In this document: piece after piece, positions 58,881 to 64,000 of the stretch
Position numbering within the stretch: the first letter of the stretch is position 1
How the letters are laid out: the number at the start of each line of letters is the position of its first letter
NCBI GenBank assembly: GCA_963693365.1
Contig: CAVNZM010000007.1
Location: forward strand, 4,585,962-4,649,961
Reading direction: 5' to 3'
DNA from: Amoebidium appalachense
Taxonomy: Eukaryota; Protista; Ichthyosporea
Length of the DNA: 64,000 nt
Notes under the pieces: generated by a model
Told to the model about the DNA's origin: nothing
The model's input: the letters and a program-made list of their open reading frames with translations, nothing else
Database searches by the model: none
Program-made: the position numbers and the translations under genes

Positions 58881-60144
58881 ATGCAGGCGCTGGAGGCCTA
58901 CCGTGTGCAGGGCGCACCGGAGGTGATCTACTACGTGCCGGACTTTGTGACTCAGGAAGAGCACGACCAGCTGTGGGCCCACGTGCGTCAACCCCCCCTC
59001 CCCCCCTCCCCCCCCCCCCCTCCTCCTCCCCCTCCCCCTGGCGCGTGCTGACACCCCACGCCAGGTCTATGGCGTACCGCCGGGCCGCTGGAAACAGCTG
59101 AAAAACAGGCGGCTGCAGAACTGGGGTGGGTGGCTGCCCTGAGCACATATAACGAGCCTGGGCCCCTAGACGGCTGGGTCTGGGCGGAGCAGCCACGGAG
59201 ATACTCACTGGGGCTGCACTGCAGGCGGGCTGCCACAGCCAAAGGGCATGGTGGTCGAGGACCTGCCTGAGGTGCGCACCCACCCCACACACAGGCCATA
59301 GGGGAGGGCAGGGGAGAGGGGGGGGGGGTGGGGGGGGGTGGTTGGGCACGTGCAGTACAAAGGCGAGCCACAACCAGCCACGGGCAGCTGGTAGTGGTGT
59401 GTGGCAGGGTGTGGGTTTGAAAAGAGGCCATATGCGGCAAAAGGGGAGGGACGAAGGGGAAGGGGGGGGGGGCAGGGGGGAAGGGGACGAGGTTCAACGG
59501 TGGGGCAAGGGCAGTGACGTGAGGGGTGCAGTGGCTGGGCAGCTTTGGGCTGCGGCTGCAGGGGCTGGGGCTGTTTGAGGGGGGGGCACCCAACCACGTG
59601 CTGGTAAACGAGTACTGCCCGGGCCAAGGCATCATGGTGCGTGCAAAAGGAGGGGGGGAGGGGGGGGGGGGGGGGGAGGGGGGCTGATATAGTGCTGCAG
59701 CCGCACGAGGATGGGCCGCTCTACTGGCCCACCGTGGCCACGGTCAGCCTGGGCTCCCACACACTGCTGGACTTCTATCCCCACCGCTCAGACTGCGGCA
59801 CGGCAGACGCAAACCCCTCGGAACCCGAGTTTTCTCTCTATGTTGCCCCCCGCAGCCTGGTGGTGGTACGTCCTTGCACACCCAGGGAGGTGGGGGTTGA
59901 GGGGGGGCACTGAGGTGTGGTGCAGCTGCTGCAGCGGGCCTACACACACTACCTGCACGGCATTAGGGAGATGCACACAGACACCCTACCTGCCACCCTG
60001 GCAAACAGCGCCCAGCTGCCGGCAGGGCTGCAGGTGGGGGCACAGTGTGAGCGGCAGACACGGGTGTCTCTGACCATCCGCCACGTGCCTAAGGTCGTCA
60101 GCCGCAGGTTGCAGGACACAATGCTGGCCCGCCTGCGCAGGTAG
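58881..60144 (+). CDS. ALKBH6: ALKBH6-like 2OG-Fe(II) dioxygenase, 6 exons
   Basis: IYYVPDFVTQEE, RWKQLKNRRLQNWGG, PKGMVVEDLP, PNHVLVNEYCPGQGIM|PHEDGPLYWPTVATVSLGSHT, PRSLVV, YLHGI, RVSLTIRHVPKV. Confidence 0.93.
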
Positions 60145-60296
60145 CGGCCTACCCCTGCACTGGGTCTCGGTTTCTTTTTTTTTATTTTCTTTTTATTTAG
60201 TTATTTCTTTGTTTCTTTAAGTACTCATTGGTTTATTTTTTTTATTTCCTTTTTCTTTATTTACTTATTTGAAATTGGGGGTCCGGGGGAGGGAGG

Positions 60297-60331
<35 letters not shown>

Positions 60332-61660
60332 CTTGTTGTGCCCCACGCTTGGGGGCCTACGTAGTGCGCGTTGGTATCCTCCGTGCACATGGGCCTGCCT
60401 GTGTGTGTGGTGTCTGGGTGCATGCACACTGCCTGCAGGGGGCTGCCAGCCCATGGGCATGGGGCTGCTGGGGGCTGGTGCTTGGGGGTGGGTCGATGGG
60501 AGTCGTATTGTAGAGGCCAATCGGCCGTAGGCTAGTCTGGCCTCCACCACCATGGCCTAGTATGCAACATGGTGCTAGAACAATCTGGCATGCACATATG
60601 CGGGTGGCATTGCCAAGGGCACCACCAGACTGGACTAGACTACAATCACTCTTGGGCAATGGACAGAGCACAGCCTGAGTTTACTGGTGTGGATGGGCCC
60701 GTGCCATCAACATATTGCAGAGGCTATGCCATCAGATGTTCTTGTGATATACCCCCCCTCCCCCCCCCTCCCCCCTCAGCCCACCCTGGGTCCCCGTTTG
60801 CAACCCCCTGGACATCCTGTTTTTTCTTGCCCTTTGCATGCCCGGAGCAACCACATTCTGTGCGCTGACACCATCCAGACTATTGATTAGCACACTGCAC
60901 AGAGTAGGATGACTCTGAGAATGAGATATTTGTGAACATGGCACTGCTAGCGTGATAGTCCAGTATATCCAAGCTTGATACAGCCACCCCACGTGGTTTT
61001 GGCCTGAAAGTTTATTCTCAAAAGCCACATGCCGTCTTGGCCACATTTTCGTGCGCTATAAAGCAGCAGTATGCGTCTGCTGCTTGCCGCATGGCATGAA
61101 TGTACATGTGTGTGCATGTGCGAGTCAGTGTGTGTCGGACGGCCTATGTGTGTCCCGCACGCTGCATGTCCGTGTGCATGCATGTGACAGTCACAAGTGT
61201 GTGTGTGTGTGTGTTGCCAGTGCTAGTGTGTGTGTGGCTATATGCATGTCTGTGCTGTACATGTGCAAATATGTGCAGGCCATATGCATATCTGTGTTGA
61301 ACATGTGCAAATATGTGGAGGTGTATGACCTATATTGAACCTTCGTAAACACACTGTCTGGTGATACTGTGCTTTTATTTATTGTGCTTGTGTCACCGGG
61401 TGTGTTTGTTTTGTGACCTGTCCATGTGTGTGCTTTTTCGGTTGTTACCGCCTTATCATCTTCTGTAATGCGCATATCCCCCTTCCCTCCCTCCCTCCCC
61501 CCCCCCCCCCCCCCCCTCTCAAGCTTGATGATAAAAAAAAAAAGATATTGGGGGGGGAGATTTCAGAGATGACAATGCACACACCGACACACACACACAC
61601 ACACGCGCGTGCGCGCGCGCGCGCGCTTGTTGAACATCACACCGTGGCACATCCCTCCCT

Positions 61661-61693
<33 letters not shown>

Positions 61694-61965
61694 AGCCCCC
61701 TTTCCCCCCGACCCACCCAGCCAGCCCTCCCCTAGCCCCATCCCTACCCCCTGTTGCCCTCTCCACGTCTTCTGTGTCCCTCACAGTAAGACTTACGTCC
61801 TGTCCCTCGCTCTACTGTACATCAGTGTGCCCACTACGAGTTCCGGGCCGCCTCCCACCTGCACGCACACATGCACACACACAAACACACACACACTGAG
61901 ACACACTCACACTCACTCACTTGACACTCACACTCACACACACTCACTCCCAGTCAAATACACTC

Positions 61966-62018
<53 letters not shown>

Positions 62019-62039
62019 TCCCACTCTCCCTCTCTCTCA

Positions 62040-62084
<45 letters not shown>

Positions 62085-62485
62085 AAAACACTCAACACAC
62101 ACATGCGCGGGCGCGCGCAAGCACCGTCACACACACAGACACACACACCGTGGCACGTCTCTCTCTCTCTCTCTCTCCCTCTCTCCCTCTCTCCCTCTCT
62201 CCGTCTCTCTCTCTCTCTCCCTTTCTCTCGCTCACTCACTCACTCGCGCTCACACACACACATACACACTACTAATGTGAAGAAGAAAACCGTGCACTGT
62301 GACCCACACACACATGCACGGAGGCACCCACACAGGCATGCATGGGCGACACACGCAGGCACCTGGCGCATCCTGGCTCTGCCCTATAATAAGGCAAATG
62401 TACGATATAGTCTGCACAGGTCCAATGTTCACCGTTTTTTACTTGCAAAATAGGAGCTGCCTCAAAAGTCAACTGTGCAGACGCC

Positions 62486-62527
<42 letters not shown>

Positions 62528-62827
62528 CGCGCGCGCGCGCGTGCACACACACAACCACTTAACTGACACGGCATGGTGTGCTCAAATTGTGGTGGTACAT
62601 TATGATGCAGGCACACACTTTCTCACTCTTTATCTCTAGATCTCGCATTCCCCCCTCCCCCCCCCCCCTCCCCCAGCCCCTCCTCTCACCCTTTCAAGAG
62701 GCTCCCCCCTCCCCCCTCCCCCCCTCCCCCCCCCCCCCCCCCCCAGCCCCATATCCGAAGTTCTACCAGTGACGCACAGACAGGTTGGGTGCATGCATCA
62801 CCAACAAAATACATCATTACAGACACG

Positions 62828-62909
<82 letters not shown>

Positions 62910-64000
62910 GCACGCACACAAACCTTGCACATGTCACACAAAACCGTGACACACTGTGAGAGTGACGCAGTTCTGACTCAGACAACGAAGGCAAGAGCAG
63001 TTGGTGGGTACATAATAATAAGGGAAGGGAGTGCAGGTGAGGATGCAGAGTTGAGGTGTGACCCGTGTGCACGTACGTACACATGTTTTGTTTTTTTGTT
63101 TTTTTGTTTTTTTTGTTTTTTTGGGGGGGGGGGAGGGGGAGGGGGGGGGGGGAGGGAGAGAGGGGGGGAGGAGGATCGTTATCCGGAAGGGAGGATCATC
63201 CTCTCCTGCTAGCTAGAGCTAGGGAATATATGGTAATGTGTTGGGCGAACTTACGAGGGGGGGGGGGGGGGGGGGGGGGGGCATCATCAGCCTTCGGATC
63301 TCGATATTTATTCCCCCCTTCGATTTCCCCCCTTCTCCCCCGCTGTACAACGGGACCCCCCTCTCCCCCCCTTACCCCCAGGGGGGTCGTCCCGGGCGCT
63401 CCCCTGCGCATGCGGCCCGCCCGGCGGCCTGGGCGTTACACAGTGTGATCAGGCCCAAGTTTCTACTATTGGTTTTGCCAATACGGCGCAGGCCTTGCAG
63501 CAGCTTGGGGGTGATTCATCGAATCCGGATGGTTGTTGTGACATCTGTTACAGCACGCTGTACACTCATGCATGCTGTTGGGAGAGTGATGTTGGCGCTC
63601 AAAAGACCGGACGGCACGGTGGCTTATGGAATAGGACACTGGAGGTATAAAAAGGTAAAGAAAATGAAGTATGCATGTTGGCAAGTGTGCTGGTAGGCTA
63701 ATCAACATGTACAGCCTAGTAGAGCAGCAGTGACTATGAGTAATCTGCAGTCATTTGTCACAATCATCGCGAATCATATTGGGACGTGGGCGGGTGCAAA
63801 AACAGGCCGAGCCAATGCGGACAGATCTGCCATGGCCCAGCGCACAATAGCGCACAATGGAGATGACCATGGCCAAGCGGCCCGCACATGCCACGTGCAA
63901 TATCCTGACATGCGTGAGACATACAAATAGTGGGGGAGGTACACAGACGTTATAACATGTACACAGCGTTTGCATGCGCCGAGCCTCAGTGCGGAGAAGG

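Overview
Eukaryotic nuclear DNA. GC-rich, intron-dense gene islands alternate with AT-richer, repeat- and TE-derived spacers, with abundant poly-G/C, (TG)n, (AG)n and minisatellites. An animal-like clathrin light chain, AATAAA signals and a GCCGCCATGG Kozak context suggest a unicellular holozoan (inference only). Genes were reconstructed by hand-splicing: KDM4-like JmjN/JmjC demethylase, AT-hook-bearing RCC1, Fe-containing alcohol dehydrogenase, clathrin light chain, a divergent kinesin, a SMYD5/ATXR2-like SET protein, an intronless frameshifted OFA-type MFS transporter, a YchF/OLA1 NTPase with a probable presequence, ALKBH6, and a truncated transposon-like ORF. The most striking pattern is 'splice-junction echo' repeats. 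In at least four introns of the ADH gene, and more degenerately in the SET gene, the intronic repeat unit is a copy of the exon 3' end plus the 5' splice site, reiterated up to 24 times. A small MITE family with exact 9-bp TSDs is present in two copies, both among TIR-like motifs. All calls were made by eye; no database search was run.
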